Source: Octopus vulgaris (lineage: Eukaryota). Taken from it: a stretch of 64,000 bases of DNA. The position numbers were made by a program, and so were the translations under genes. The notes under the pieces are model-generated. The model did no database searches, was not told the DNA's origin, and saw only the letters and a program-made list of their open reading frames with translations. The stretch's first letter is position 1. Each line of letters opens with the position of its first letter. The stretch is from positions 42,842,001-42,906,000 of the forward strand of contig OX597838.1 of the NCBI GenBank assembly GCA_951406725.2. Direction: 5' to 3'. Below are positions 37,641-52,049 of the stretch, in pieces.

Positions 37641-39537
37641 AATACCGGCATCATGAAGAAAGCACCCTGTACAGTGGTTGGCACTGGGAAGGGCATCCAG
37701 TCTTGGAAACTATGCCAAAACTGAGACAGACCCCCACCCCCCACCCCACTCACTGAATCCTGTCAAACTGTCCAACTCATGGAAATCAGACATAAACTGA
37801 CTGATATATATATATATACACACACATACATACATTTCTTTACATTTATATACAGATGTATACATATATCTGTATATACATCCACACACATTAAAGAGCC
37901 TTACACACGCACGTGTCCGTGGTTGGATGAATTTCTTCCTAATGTAGAAGCCAACAATTATTGAACCGCTAACCGTCTCCTCTGCTCACAGTTAAAAAAC
38001 TATAGATACACAAGAAAGAAAGAAAAAAACAGCTTTTACCAAAAATACTAACAAACATACATTGCTCCATTATAATGGCTTATATATCGAGCAATATCGT
38101 TCTGCCTTAGTTATGACAGAAAAAAAAAAAAAAAAGACCAAACTTTCACAACTATGCCGCTAAATTGCAGTAATTTCTGGCCCTGGCTAATGCAAACGCC
38201 GAGTCTTCAGCAGCACACGAGTAATTTTATAATACAACTTTGCTGCTTCTAACCTAATCCAAAGCGAAACATCTACGCTGAAATGTTTGTTGCTGCACGT
38301 TTCAAAGCCCGTGAAGCGAGTGACAGAAGCCAAAAACCAGTTGAAATATTTTGAAAAACTCCAATTTCAATCGGAAAAGTATAAAGTACCCAACATGGCC
38401 GACTCATGTATGTGCATGCAGCTCGCACCTGAATGTGGACGTGTGCACGCTTGGTGCATTCCAACGTATGGCTATGTGGATATATTTCTACGTATGTTTC
38501 TGTGGTCGGCAGTGTGCGAGTGTGTACATGCAGCATAATATATATGTGTGTGTGTGTGTGTGTTTCCTGCACCGGAATGCGTTTCTATCTGTGCTGTACG
38601 TCCGTATGTCAGATCTGTGTATGGCTACACATGTGAGAGACGCACGCACTGAACAAGTCGGCAGGAGTTTAAAATTAAATGCTTTATTAATAATTTGTTT
38701 TGTTATGACTAAGCAGAGAGCAGTAAGATTTAAAAGGGAAGTGGGATACAGGAGGGGTTCGATGGCTTTCACAACCTCCACCCCCAGCAGACAACTACGA
38801 TCAAGTAAGGAAATGGAGGTGGGGGGCGACGAACATTTGTTGAAAATTTTCGATCATGGAACCAAAAACTCCGCCGTTGATTAGAAATTAAAGAAAAAAA
38901 ATGTTATTTTAAACAGACTGGAATCGGATCGTCACTTATACACTCACCTAGCTCTAGAACTAGTTCACAGGTTAACTATGTGAAATCACGGGGTAGATAA
39001 TTAATTAATTAATTATCTAGCCTGGTTACACATGTAGGTTCAAAAACATCTGCCATTATTATTATTATTATTACTCGCCCGTGTGGCAAATAAACCATCA
39101 TCATCATCTACAGCTATTATTACCAGCAACTAAAGATGGTCTGAAGTTATTCTGCACAAGTCCTAATTTAAAATTATATGTAATCGAGCCAACGAGGTCT
39201 GCTCGATCTGCTAGTAACAGCAGCAAAATCTTCCTCAATTCACACATTACCGTTTTAACAACGAAAGATAAAAATTAGACAATGCAACACACGACAGTTA
39301 TACAAAAACAGCCAGGATGGTCGTGGCTGGAACGCCTTTGATCCTACAGTAACACAATCAGTGCTGACCAGGAGGCTAACACTCCGCAAAAAAAAAAAAA
39401 AGAAAAACTTGTTCTATTATTGCTGCTACTGCTGCTACTACTACTACTACTACTATACACCCGTTCAGGATGAAGTTCCGAAGATATATTCGCCAGTTAT
39501 TTACGAACAGCAGCGAAACATGAACACACACACACAC

Positions 39538-39880
39538 CTCCACAGTATGCGATTCCGTATAAGTTGCCGACTGAAGAGAGAGAGAAGAAAGAAAAAAAAC
39601 CCCACACTTGTTCCCGTTTCATAAAACAAGCACTTACGGTTAATAAAGGGGGAACACACGAAAAACCAACGCTATTATAAAATATCTGAAGTTGCTTTAC
39701 ATCCCCCCCCCACTTGCTATGTATGTATGTGTTTGTATTTATATATATATACATTCGTATGTATGTATAACTGTAATTGTAAGGGATGGCGCGGGGCCTG
39801 GAAAAGGAGAACATTCCGATGCGATCAATGAAAACACGAATAAACTTAAAAACCCATTGCAACAAAATATACCACGTTCT
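39538..39880 (-). promoter_or_regulatory. Candidate promoter and first exons of an unidentified minus-strand gene
   Basis: On -, donor ACC|GTAAGT (intron starts 39637) pairs with the strong acceptor TTTTTTTTCTTTCTTCTCTCTCTCTTCAG (ends 39571), giving a 67-nt intron. A CpG-rich GCGCCATC patch lies near 39790, and the site is at the edge of the CpG-retaining domain. Confidence 0.45.
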
Positions 39881-41402
39881 GCACTTAACACGTTAAAGGT
39901 TTAACACACACACACACAGGTATGTGTATTGCAACAAAATATGCAATCTTCTACACTGAACAAATAAAAGGTTATATATATAAATATATAATTATACAAA
40001 TATTCTAAAGTTTCCTACACAGCATCTAATTAATTATTACTGACAAAAAAAAAAAAGGCGAAATATTTGTATTTCGTTAGTCAAGTGGGAAATTTAATGC
40101 ACTTCTCTCTTTTAATTTATGAAATCTGTTAAAAATTAACATTTATTTCCATTCCTTCCGCAAAAGCTAAACACACGCACTTAGGTATATACAACAGCTG
40201 AATTATTTATTTTTAAATCTTTTTTTAAATAAATATTTTCTTACACAGAATTCCAAATTTTAATTGTTCCTTTTCTTTTTTGTCTTTATTTTATTTTTAG
40301 TTTTTCTCTTCCGATTTTCGGAAACATTAAAATGCATGATTGTTTATCGAGTAAACTATTATTTCCAGATGCATACTTACTTAAAACATTTCAACATTTG
40401 TTTTGATATGGTGCTACAGAAAATAAACATCAAAAACTTGAAAAGCAAATCGCTGAAACGAAAGTGAAAGTAATGCATTCAAACAGGCAAACACAAAATG
40501 TTTGTAGCTCTATTATTACTACCAATACAACTATTATTGTTATTATGTTTCTTTTCCTCACTCCGTCGACAACTATTTGACTTTAAGAAGGAGGCCATAG
40601 TGCCATTTGCCCAAGCACCCATCTCGCATTCTTCCTTTTCTGCATGACAATGTCACACGTACTCGCCACGGAACAACGGGGGAATGCTACTATTTCGTCT
40701 ACAAGAAGTCAAAACATGGTTTATGTAACTTGTCTAAAAGTAGGAGAGATAGACAGGCAGGAATTATTATAAGTACAGCTGTAATTTATTAGAAATGTTT
40801 TCAAAGCACACAGTCGTAGCATATCAATATTAAATCACCTTTTATTTAGTTGTAAAGCGAGCGACTAGTTTAATAATGCAACAAGATCAAGGTCGAATTT
40901 TTAGCTTGCTCTGAAATATAAGTCTTTCTACACTTCAAACTAATTCTATAAACCATCTTCACACACACACACACGTGTATGTGCGTATGTATGTATTTTA
41001 TTGTTGCTCATCAATTTTATCTTATTGGTAAACTGTTGAGCTCCGTTGAAGCCGATTATTAAGAATTTAATAAAATTACAGCAACGGAATTTTCTATTAC
41101 ATCGCCACACAACGCATTCACAGAATGGTAAAAACAAAAGCAGCAGAATGAAGAAGAAATATGAAAGAGTCAAAACGAATTTCTATAGAATTCATTTGTA
41201 ATTAAGTTGCTTGTTTAATGGAATTTATTAATTGCACCAAAACTGTCAAGTCTTCATCGAGTGAAATCTTACAGGTTGGTGAAGTTAAAAAAAAATTCTG
41301 TAAGAGGTGACTCTGGCACACACCATATTAGCAACACCGTCGTCATATTTAATTTCGTTTCATACCGACGTGCATGCATTACACGTAAGTGTGTGTATAT
41401 GA

Positions 41403-41520
41403 CATGAAGGGAATGTTCCAAAAGTTTTGGACCTGGTTACGAAATATAAATAAAAACATTCATTGTTTCCCCTCCTGTCATGTACGATAGGCTAAAAACT
41501 TTTGGAACACGCTTCCTATG
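41403..41520. mobile_element. Small Tc1/mariner-like MITE
   Basis: Inverted repeat core TGTTCCAAAAGTTTT and AAAACTTTTGGAACA, with imperfect extensions. Confidence 0.5.
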
Positions 41521-41648
41521 TCCAAAAAACTGCCGGGGAACAGATTTTGACCAATATATTTATAGAGCAAAATATATAAAGGTGAAAGAGGGGGCGGTAT
41601 TCGATTAACAGTTATCTTCTCAACGAAATGTGCCTGACCTTGCCTTGC

Positions 41649-41694
<46 letters not shown>

Positions 41695-43531
41695 GGGGGA
41701 TAGAGGTTGTTAGTGACTTCGGAGTTTCGTTTAGCTCCCTATAGGCAGACACTCTGGTAAAGGCGAGCAAGATGAAACTTCGAAATCACAATCAACCTTT
41801 TACTTGTAAAAATTAATACTCTTCTAAAAAAAGTATTGAGTAATGCTTTAGTTTAATGTTGAATAGTTTTCTTTATTATAACTTCAAATTAAAACAAATA
41901 TTAAAGCACACCCACACACACGGGGGGGGGGGTGTTTATCCCAGCATTAACTGCGATAAAGTCGATTGCTTTTGACATTCCGTGATCAAAGACTAATTCC
42001 TGAAATGTGAGCTTTCTAGAGAAGTCGCCCAAGCTTCGAGAATGAAATTCTACGTTGAAACCTTTTGCACGACTTGCTGGAATAAGATATTCTATAAATT
42101 GGATACTTTCAATAAACTACCAAATAAAATCACCATGGAATAAATATCGAGGTTTTGTTTTTGTTTTAATTTTATATTCAAGATGACACTCGAAGCGAAA
42201 AGATTTTCGCCATCAACCCTTAACACAATACACACACATTTACAACTACACGGAAGTATATACATAATTAGCAACATTGATGTCAAACACAAAATCACAG
42301 GTAAAAAAAAAAAAAAAAAGGAGAAAGGTTACGTCTTTTATTTCTGAAGGAACTGATTAAAATTTAATTGTTTTTCCCCCCTCCTACTTTCTATTCATAA
42401 TAAAGCAACGCTTTCACTTTCGCAAAAGAACTTTTCTTCCTTCGCTGTGAATTTTCGTCCTTGTAATTTATTAAGCATTTTAATATTGCTACATTCATGA
42501 AAAATATGCTCTGTCAACTGTCTTATTGTCGTCCCCAAATGCAAAACGTACCGTAATTTCCTCTAAGTCACAGAAATGTGAACAGTGGCAGAAAATTCTC
42601 CTTGCAATTCGAACAAATATTGACTTTTATATATAATTCTCATAACTAGAGCATTTTCATTATTGTTGCTCTAAATTATGTTTGGTAAACTAAAAGGAAA
42701 GCCAAAGTTTGCCAAACTGACGATGTTTTTATACTCCAAGATCGTTGAAGAACATCAGATGCTTGGGCTTTCTTATTTTACTGGAGACAGATAAGTTTGC
42801 AATGAGAACATGCTGGTTTCTAACTTTGCGATTCGGGTATAGCAGCCGTTATTTATTTTATTGACACTGGAGAGACAAAAAGATACAATCTAAACCGACG
42901 CGATTCGAACCCAAAGCATAAAGGCACCGAACCCCCATCGTTGCCCTCCTTTATTGCCAATCCACAAAAAGAAAAACACTCAAGTCTTCAATATGTAAGC
43001 TTTGCAAAATCCGGATGTACATATTTGGAGAATTTGGAGACTATTTTGATATGGAAAATATTTTGGACCTAATCCCTTCCTACGCCCTGCTTCCCTCCCC
43101 AATATTGGTATTTAGTTCCAAGTCAGTACTGACCATGCAAACCGAACAGGAAAGGAATTTCAGCCGCCACCATACCTTTTCCCAAGGCACATTCCACCCA
43201 GAACCCTTAAAACTGCAGGGGGTAATTTTAAAGAGATTTAACTGCTATTTCTAGGACGATAAATCGAAAACTGATTTATAGTCGACCGAGATAGATAAAT
43301 AAACGAATTTCAGTTTTAGGTTGGGACATTTTGGATGATTTTTGCTACTGAATCCAAAATGGTGAGCCCTTGAGTTTTTCACACTAAGTAGGGGATAAAA
43401 CAAGATTTGCGCAGTTTACACAAAAGAGTTTTCAAGTGTCACAAACTTGTGGATAGAAATTAAAATAGATTTAAAAGCGTTAATACTTGAAACGGAGGCT
43501 AATGTAATATTTGTACACCATTCATTTATTC

Positions 43532-43572
<41 letters not shown>

Positions 43573-43736
43573 TCTTATATTTATAAGTTGATCTCAATGG
43601 AAGTAGGCACAATTTAACATGGTAACACTAAAATAGAAATTTGTTAGGGCTGACACAAAATGACCCACCCAATAGATACGCACCGAGACACCCAAATAAT
43701 TTTTTTAAATGTACGAGACTTTAATATTTCTGTTAC

Positions 43737-43925
43737 AAGGCGGCGATCTGGCAGAAAACGTAAGCACGCCGGACGAAATGCCAACGAACATTCCGTCCGT
43801 CTTTACGTTCTGAGTTCGAAATTCGTCGAGGTCGACTTTGCCATTCATCCTTTCAGAGTCGATGTGATCGATTTATCTTAGTTTCACCGAAATTGCTCGC
43901 CTTGTTCCAAAATTTGAAAGCAATT
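43737..43925 (+). mobile_element. Family B SINE with CpGs retained
   Basis: aaggcggcgatctggcagaaaacgtaagcacgccggacgaaatg...gaggtcgactttgccattcatccttt. Confidence 0.8.
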
Positions 43926-44234
43926 CTTAACTGTTAGCAAATAAGTTATAGGACCGATGGATTAATAAACTACTTAAAATCGGAATCGAGCAGGAAATCA
44001 ATAAACGAAGAACAGTGGCTTTCGAGTGATGTTGGACTTTCTTTTCAATTATCTCTTTCTTTATTCTGAACATGTTTAATGCTTCCTAAGCATGTCAAAA
44101 AGATGCAGACACCATCAGCAGACTTTAGACTGGTTTCAATTTCCCGGAGTGATGACAACCCTGTACTCCTTTAAAGTAATAAAGAGTACGGGGAATAAAA
44201 GTCTATTAGCAAAATAGACATTAATGAAGGCATA

Positions 44235-45170
44235 TGTACAGTTTAGGGACTCGATCACGAATTCATACTTTTCAAATAAATTTTGCATGGATAAGTTTTT
44301 GAGGGTGTAGATAACAATTATGCTGATAGTATTTAATCTTTTTTCTTTTTGCTTGAAAGAGTTTTTGATAATTCTCTCACCGCTGACTTACTTTCTTCAT
44401 AACTTTTTAAAAATGGATATCGAAATAAATCCTTAAAAAAATTTTTTTTTTTTTTAAAACGAAAACATTAAACTTATAGAAGTTGGTGGTGGGAAGAATG
44501 ATCCGAAACTCGTCCGAAAGTATTTTTGTTTATGGCGTTCCTACTGAATAGCGTCGGAAATTATCTGGTAAAGAAAAAAGAAAATTAAAATCCTAATTTC
44601 TTCGGTTGTGCATTACAGATTACGAATCTGGACCCTTCCTTCAGTGTAAGTTTTGGGGTTTTAGTCTTTCGTTATGAAAAAAAAAAATAATCAGGTTTAC
44701 ATTTTAAATATCCGGGGTTCTGAATCTTCAAAAATATGTATAACTTTTTTAAAATATTAATTGAAAAAAAAAAAAAAAATTCGAAAAAATTCAAAATTGA
44801 AATATTACAGAAAGTATCCCCCACGATACTTCCTTTTAGTTTTTGCAGAATTATAAATCTATGATTCATAAAAAAGAAATTGCGATTTCCTATAAGTTAT
44901 TCTTCAAGAACACCGTTTTTTAAATCTTCTCTACAAAATTCCATTAAAAAAAAAAAAAAAAACCTTACACAAATCAATACATAACGTCATTAATTTTCAT
45001 AAAGTTGGATGGTGGGGCACCAAACTGTAGTTATACCGACGTGCACACACCAATATGACCCGCACCCAACTTTAATTCTTCATAACTGTCAGAAAAATGG
45101 CTATTTTGGAACGAACTTTTCTACAATGACGTAAATTACAACTGTATTGAAATTTGATGTAAAAAAATGA
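44235..45170. mobile_element. Possible old non-autonomous DNA transposon remnant
   Basis: AT-rich with recurring 'cataact...aaaaatgg' motifs seen in some DNA elements. No clear TIR or TSD. Confidence 0.25.
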
Positions 45171-45404
45171 TAAATTGGTAAACGAGCACACATACATACA
45201 GACAAACATATATCGCCAAATTTTGAAACAATTACGTGTATCAGTGTAGACGTGTGTAGGTCCACTAATTTTTTTTACACTAAATTCCGATGTAATCTTA
45301 AGCTACAGCACCCGATGGGTACTTGTACAAAGTTGCATTAAAAAAATACCTATTTTTCTGAAATTTATGAGGAAACAGATTCGGTAGGAAAATCCACTGC
45401 AGAC

Positions 45405-45456
<52 letters not shown>

Positions 45457-45629
45457 TGGGGGTCACTTCTTATAAACCGAATGAAGCAAAAGTTTTGAAA
45501 TGAATCGTGTCCAACAGAAGGGAATAGAATAAAACACAAAGAACGAACACCAGACCAGTTTTTAAAAACTGAGGCATCTTCATTATCTAATTTCAGGTTA
45601 ATTACACTAAATTTATTAAGATAGCTACA

Positions 45630-45700
<71 letters not shown>

Positions 45701-46067
45701 GTTTTGGTTTCAGACACGATACTAGTATTTCGTATTATTGCTTTTTTCTTTTTTCCCACCTGGCAGTGATTGTACAAAAAAGAAATGAATTTTGATTTAG
45801 GATTTCTAGAAAACATCGGGCACATGAGTGATTAAAAAGTTTAGCAAGCATTGGAAGATGTCGTGGGAAATAGAGACGAAGTCATTCAGGAGAAAATAAC
45901 CTAAAATACAGTGAGATACAGCAAAAAAATTAAATAAAGATAATTGTCAGAATAGAGGGAAATAAATACACAGTAAAAAATGGAATTTGAACGACTTACT
46001 TATCTGATAAAATATAATCGTCCCGAGAACGGAAAGATAGCGTATAGTGTATGTACTGTGTGCGTGC

Positions 46068-46124
<57 letters not shown>

Positions 46125-48003
46125 GACAGGTATGTTAAATAATGTGAAAGCATGAGATAGAAAGGCCCATGAAAATGAGAGAAAGAGAATGAATGGAAAA
46201 AGACAAGAGCGAAGTCAGTCAAAATTGGCGCCTTTCAATCATGATTACAACCGGACATCAAGTACTGTCAGTCGATGTATGTCTATTACACACACAAACA
46301 CGTTCTATCTACTAGCAGCATGATCTGGTCTTAAATATAATCTCATGCAGCGATATCCAATATTTAAATATAATCCCATGAAATTTACTTAAGTTGCTTT
46401 AAAAAAAAAAACAAAAGGTTCTGACAATGTTTCAATTGGTCTTAGGATGTCGATTTTACTCAGTAATTGTTATATCGAAGCCAACCAGAAACAAAAAAAC
46501 ACAGTTTATGTTGAGTTCCATAAAAATTTACAAATTGAATACAGAACAGAAATATAATAAAAAATCTACGTTTTCTATTTTCTACGAAAACATCCAGTGT
46601 TATTTTTAAATGTCCTAATTTACATAATTTCTCTAACTGCAATTATTTTTTATTTTTGTATGTGACTTTTCCCTCCAATGTTTGACAATATACAACACTT
46701 GCTTTTAGATCTTGTCACAAGCTTAAAAGAACAATTACGGGGACAGTCCACATAGCCCCGTGACCTTCTCATCGAAAAGATCCGATCCCTGTATGTATAT
46801 ATTCACTTATATGCCAGCACTTATTAATAAATGTTTTTGAGGTTTAAGGCGGCAGAATCTTTTTAAGGCGGTTTTTGCTACGGTAATTTAGGTTCTGAGT
46901 TCAAACCCCGCCGACGTCAGCTTTGCCTTTCATTCTTTCGGGCTCGATAAAATAAAATCAAGGGACAGTTCTTTTATACTCCAAATTTCAAGCCTTATGC
47001 TTATTTCAGAAAGCTTTATTTTCTTTTCAGCGCAGTTTTTGTTGTAAGCTAAAGTCCCACCGAGGTCAAAAGTAAGTAGCAGATGTAACCGACTGCATCC
47101 CTCTCGCTAAAATCATTGACCGTGAGGCAAAATTTGAAACAACTATTAGTTTTATGTTCCCAGTGAACAACAGCTAGGGTCTCCGAAAGAAATTTAACAA
47201 ATTTGAGGAACTCAAATGTTACAAGTGTTTTGACCCCAACTCTCAGGTAGGGGCCCCGGACTGAAGTACCAGCCGAACATGCTACGTTTGGGCTCAAAAC
47301 GTGATGAAGAGAAAAGAGAAGATGGAAGAGGAAAAACGTTTATAATATTGCATACATCAAAATAATATTGCTATTAAAACATCCAGACGTCAGTCACCTC
47401 TGATGTCATTCACATTCGGCTAAATTTAATTTCTATTTTTAATTATTCAAAAAGAATCGAAGAATTGTGTAAACCTGTTGCAGCGTAGAAATATAAATGT
47501 CATTGAATTTTAAAATTTTATAAGCTTCATTAAATCGAGGCCTGCATTTAACAATGACGCTGTAAAAATTTTAAATCTCACCTATTCAACACCATCACAA
47601 TACAAATTTATTATTATCACAAAGCATCCGAAAGAAACTGGTATATATTTTACAACCAAGCATAAAACAGCCACATCGTTAACAAACCACTTGTATATTT
47701 TATTCATTCGGTGAAATGAAATGGAAAGTAGTTGATGTATCTAGTTTAAATAAACATCAAACGTGCATGTAACCTTGAAATATAACAGTTTGACGATATT
47801 AAAATATATAAATCCCAGCTGTCTAAACCCATAGAACCAAAATAGAGATGAATAGAGCAAGAACTTGGCTGAAAACAGTTTAGCGACAGATTAAATGGTT
47901 TTGCATTTCGCTTCGTGCCTCTGCATCGAATTTCAATGCAATTAGAGTAAACTTCTGTCTTTTATCTTTCTCGAGATCGATAAAAATTAGTAACAAGCGT
48001 GTG

Positions 48004-48048
<45 letters not shown>

Positions 48049-51000
48049 CTATTAAAAGTTGAAGCGTTCACAAAACACGGGGCCCAATATTTTACAAAAT
48101 CAATTAATTCCCTTTTTAATGAGAAATTCTTTTCTTTCACTGAGGTTAATCGAAGATACTTAAACGGGTCGAGAAATTTTGTGTTACATTTTCAAGATGA
48201 GCCACTTAAACGGTCCCATGGAAATTTGACAGTTATTTTACAGGTAACAACAGAACTGAAAGAGAATTTACTAAAGACGAGGGAAAATTGTCGATAATTC
48301 AAAGAAAAAAAAAGTTGAAAGAAAATATTTGAAAAATTTTCTAAACGCATGTTTTTTTTTTTAAAGTCTTCTATTAAGTCTTCACCTAGTTACTTATTGA
48401 TTCTAATTAATTGGTTCTGCAAATGGTAGCACAAAACATAATTTGCAAGACAGAGTAAATAAATAGATATGAAGATTTGCAAGGCTTTAAGTGAAATGTC
48501 CCCTAATCAGACAGAACCTGGACTTCAGAATACAGTGTTTACAGAGGTTCACCAAAGAATACATAAAACGATTACGATAAACAAGGGAGACATTAATAAC
48601 GTTCCTCGCCCAAAATTGACAAATTTCCACTTTTCACCAGAATTTAAAGTAAAATTAAAGAAAAGATAATTCATGCTAGAAAACTTCTCAAAATTCCTTA
48701 GAATGGAGGTTTAAAGGTGAAGAATGCCATTTCCTTATATATACACTTAAAGACTTAATAAGAATGGTAAAGCTCCAGAATAAATTGCTTTCCCTTAGTT
48801 TCTTTTAACTACGACAGCCAATATAATAAAACAATGAATATTAACCAAAAAAACAAAATAAACAACCCCTCTCCCGAAAGGCCCAATCTAGAGATGTTTA
48901 TAAAACATTGTCAGGAAGACGAAATATCCTGAAGCCTTCAACATTTTGTATTTGAATCCCGCCAAAATAAAACACCAATAAAGAACTAGTGTCGATACGG
49001 AATTCTGTGATCTTCGAGCCAAGGTTGTAATTACATTGACTGCCACAGATAGAATGACTGAAAGAAACAGTAGCACCACGCAGAAGATACTTCGTTGGTA
49101 TTTAGTTACGCCCCTTTATGTTCCAAGTTCGAATCCTGTTGAAGTCGGTAGAACACACACGAAACCGATCAAGTACTGCAGCTTAATGGCTCAACTTTTG
49201 TCAGCCAGCAGAAACCATTCTTGCTTGCCTTCAGACTACACAAATATGGTTATATCTATTTCAATGAATCTCTTTATATATAATGAGTAGTTATACGCAG
49301 TTTTATATGCGTGTCGGGGTTGGTGTGTTTACGTCCGCCTAACTCAGATGTTCGTTAAACAGAATGATATGAGTGCCAGGCTTTTAAAAAATCTAAGTAC
49401 TAAGGCCGATTCGTTCGACTAAAATTCTTGATGGCAGTGCTCCAGCATGACCGCGACTGATACAAGCAAAAGATATATATATATATCCGCTTACAATTAA
49501 AATGTAAATGTTTTGTGTTGCTGTGTGGAAAGAGGGACTCTCAGATCTTTTTAAGAATTTGTTTTTATAGTTGTCTATTTTCATGTTGTTTTGCAACACA
49601 CCCCCCTACACACACACACAAACTCCTCAAGAAACGCGAAAATCTATTAAACTCAAGGATTCACTAAGGGATCCACATAAATATAATTCTCTCGCTGCCA
49701 AACGAGAGAATTATATTGTTTATTTGTGACTGGTGAAAGTGAAAGTGGTGGTGGGGGGGGGGGGGCACACATTATCTCAGAAATCGTCTTCATCTTTGTG
49801 ATCGAGTTTACAGAAACGATAAAACGCCGGACTGAATGATTGGTAGCCATAATGTGAGTTCGAGCCCTTTACAAGCCATGGATAAATAAAATAAAATAAA
49901 GTGAGCTGGAGGAAAGGACGTGGGCGGCGGGGTTGATTGTCAAATTATTTTGCACTCTTTAGTTACGTCCCTTTATGTTTTGAGTTCAAATTCCATCAGA
50001 GACCGACTTTGTAGTTTTGTGTCCCCAGTCGACCTCTGCACTACGTTGAGAGCCATTGATTTAATCGTTCTGCGTTCTGAGTTGAAATACACAAGAGCCG
50101 ACTCTTCCTACATTTCTATGTTGCCGAAGACTAGGTCGTTGGATCTACTTGAGCCACATTTCCTGGTAACAGCGTCTGTACAGTTAGGTTTGAAACAGGT
50201 TTGTTTTATTAGCTGCTTATATACAAGCCCCAGGTTTGTCCTAGTGGTGCAGACCTATGATCAAATGTGTTCCAGGCGTGATCACTTTGTCTTTTTTGTG
50301 TGTATGTATATATATAACATCATCATCGACTCTGTCGCCAACAAACATACAGAAGGATATGATCTGAAGGAGATTTGGCAGTTATTTCTAGCAGATCGAC
50401 AACTGCAAAGGTCCTTTAAACTTTTTGGTTGAAGGCGTCGCGAATGAGAGGATCCAATCTTGATGAAAGCGTGAAGGGTAACATATAAAAAAAGAAAAAG
50501 AAAAACCAATCTAATTCTAGAATATAAGAAGAACAGGTGTGGAACGTGTCGGCGGCATGTGAATTATATTTCATTTTCTTCCTCAGCGAGCACCAGTCAA
50601 AGTTACCGGAACCAAACAACGGCGTTTAATGACACGTGCTCGCTTTCAAATCGGAAAGCCGGCTGACAACCGCTTCATTTAAAACATTTATTAAACATAT
50701 ATCATATTAGTCGTTAATAAACTTAACGAAAAATTATATTAAATACACTTTCACATCGTCAGTCAAGACACGATTCGGAGATTTCTGTTATATTTCTGCT
50801 TTCAGCACCAAATCAGTCCCAATGTCGACCAGTCCGAACATCAAAGGCTTTCCCATCTTTTATTTTTATTTATGTTTTAGCTACAATAACCAAGAACATT
50901 ATTCGACGAGTCACTTCTTTTTCTTTAGACGGACAAATTTGATCTGATCATTTCTTTCTAGCAAGTCCACTGGCTGCATTATGTCTCATGTGCTTTGGAC

Positions 51001-52049
51001 CCAGTGAATTTAAGGGTTGTTTTTTTTTTCAATTTCACAGCTAAATATGAATATAATTGTAAATGAGAGGTTCTAATGTTCTCCGACAATGATGATGAGA
51101 GCAAAAAATTATAGAATTTATTATATCCTACGACTGGCAAAACATCAAATATAAATGTCCGTCGGGTTAGGGGATAAATATGCTTTTTCCACGAAGATCT
51201 TAATTTAATAATGAAAAATAGTTAACTATACGACAACGAAGTTGTCACGTGTCATTTATTTTGGAAATGAAGGTTTTTTTAAAGTTTCTGGACACCAAAA
51301 CCTAAACAAACGCAGAGATATAAAAGAAAACCATTAACAACAGAATCTACCTGACCAGATTAATAATTTTAATTATAGAGAAGCTTTAATGTTTTCTATT
51401 GATGCGTATATAATGTCATGTGTATATATGCGAATTATTCATAAATTGCTCGGGTGTCGCTCAGCTCCATCCTTAAGTTTTTGGGCACCAAATACAAACG
51501 TCAAAATCTGAAAACAGTCGCTGGGTGAAACGTGGTGTTTGTTTCATTCGGTAGAAACGGCACGAAGACTGTAAATAAATAATATCTGTTGGGACAAAGT
51601 GGTCATGACTGAAGTAAATCGACGTCTATCTGGGATCGTTTCAAAGTGAACACAGAAAACTTTTACGGCATGTGAAGTGCGGGACCCGGCCAAAACCACA
51701 TGGAGGACTCGGCATCGACTCATAGGAATTCTGTTAACAACCAACTGTTTGTGGCCTCCGAACTTATGTTTGGATTGTTATATACTTATTGCTATTGCAG
51801 TACATTTTAAAATGCATTACTTCATTTAATGACAAATTCATTTAATAACAATAAATGAGCAGGGTTTGATTAATAATTAATAAACAGAATTTCTTCCGTT
51901 GAGATGGATTTGTTTTTGAAAATAAACATGCTTACAATGACAAAAAAAAAGTAAATTTAGTTTAGACATACCGAATAGTAAACAGACAGTTGATAAAAGT
52001 TTTCAGTGAATATCTACAATACAATCGATGTGGTGTGGCAACACATTAA

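Noticed and set aside
38351-38884. 177-aa ORF in CpG-rich sequence
   Set aside because: Non-ATG start, crosses (GT)n and shows no homology I recognise. More likely promoter-proximal sequence.
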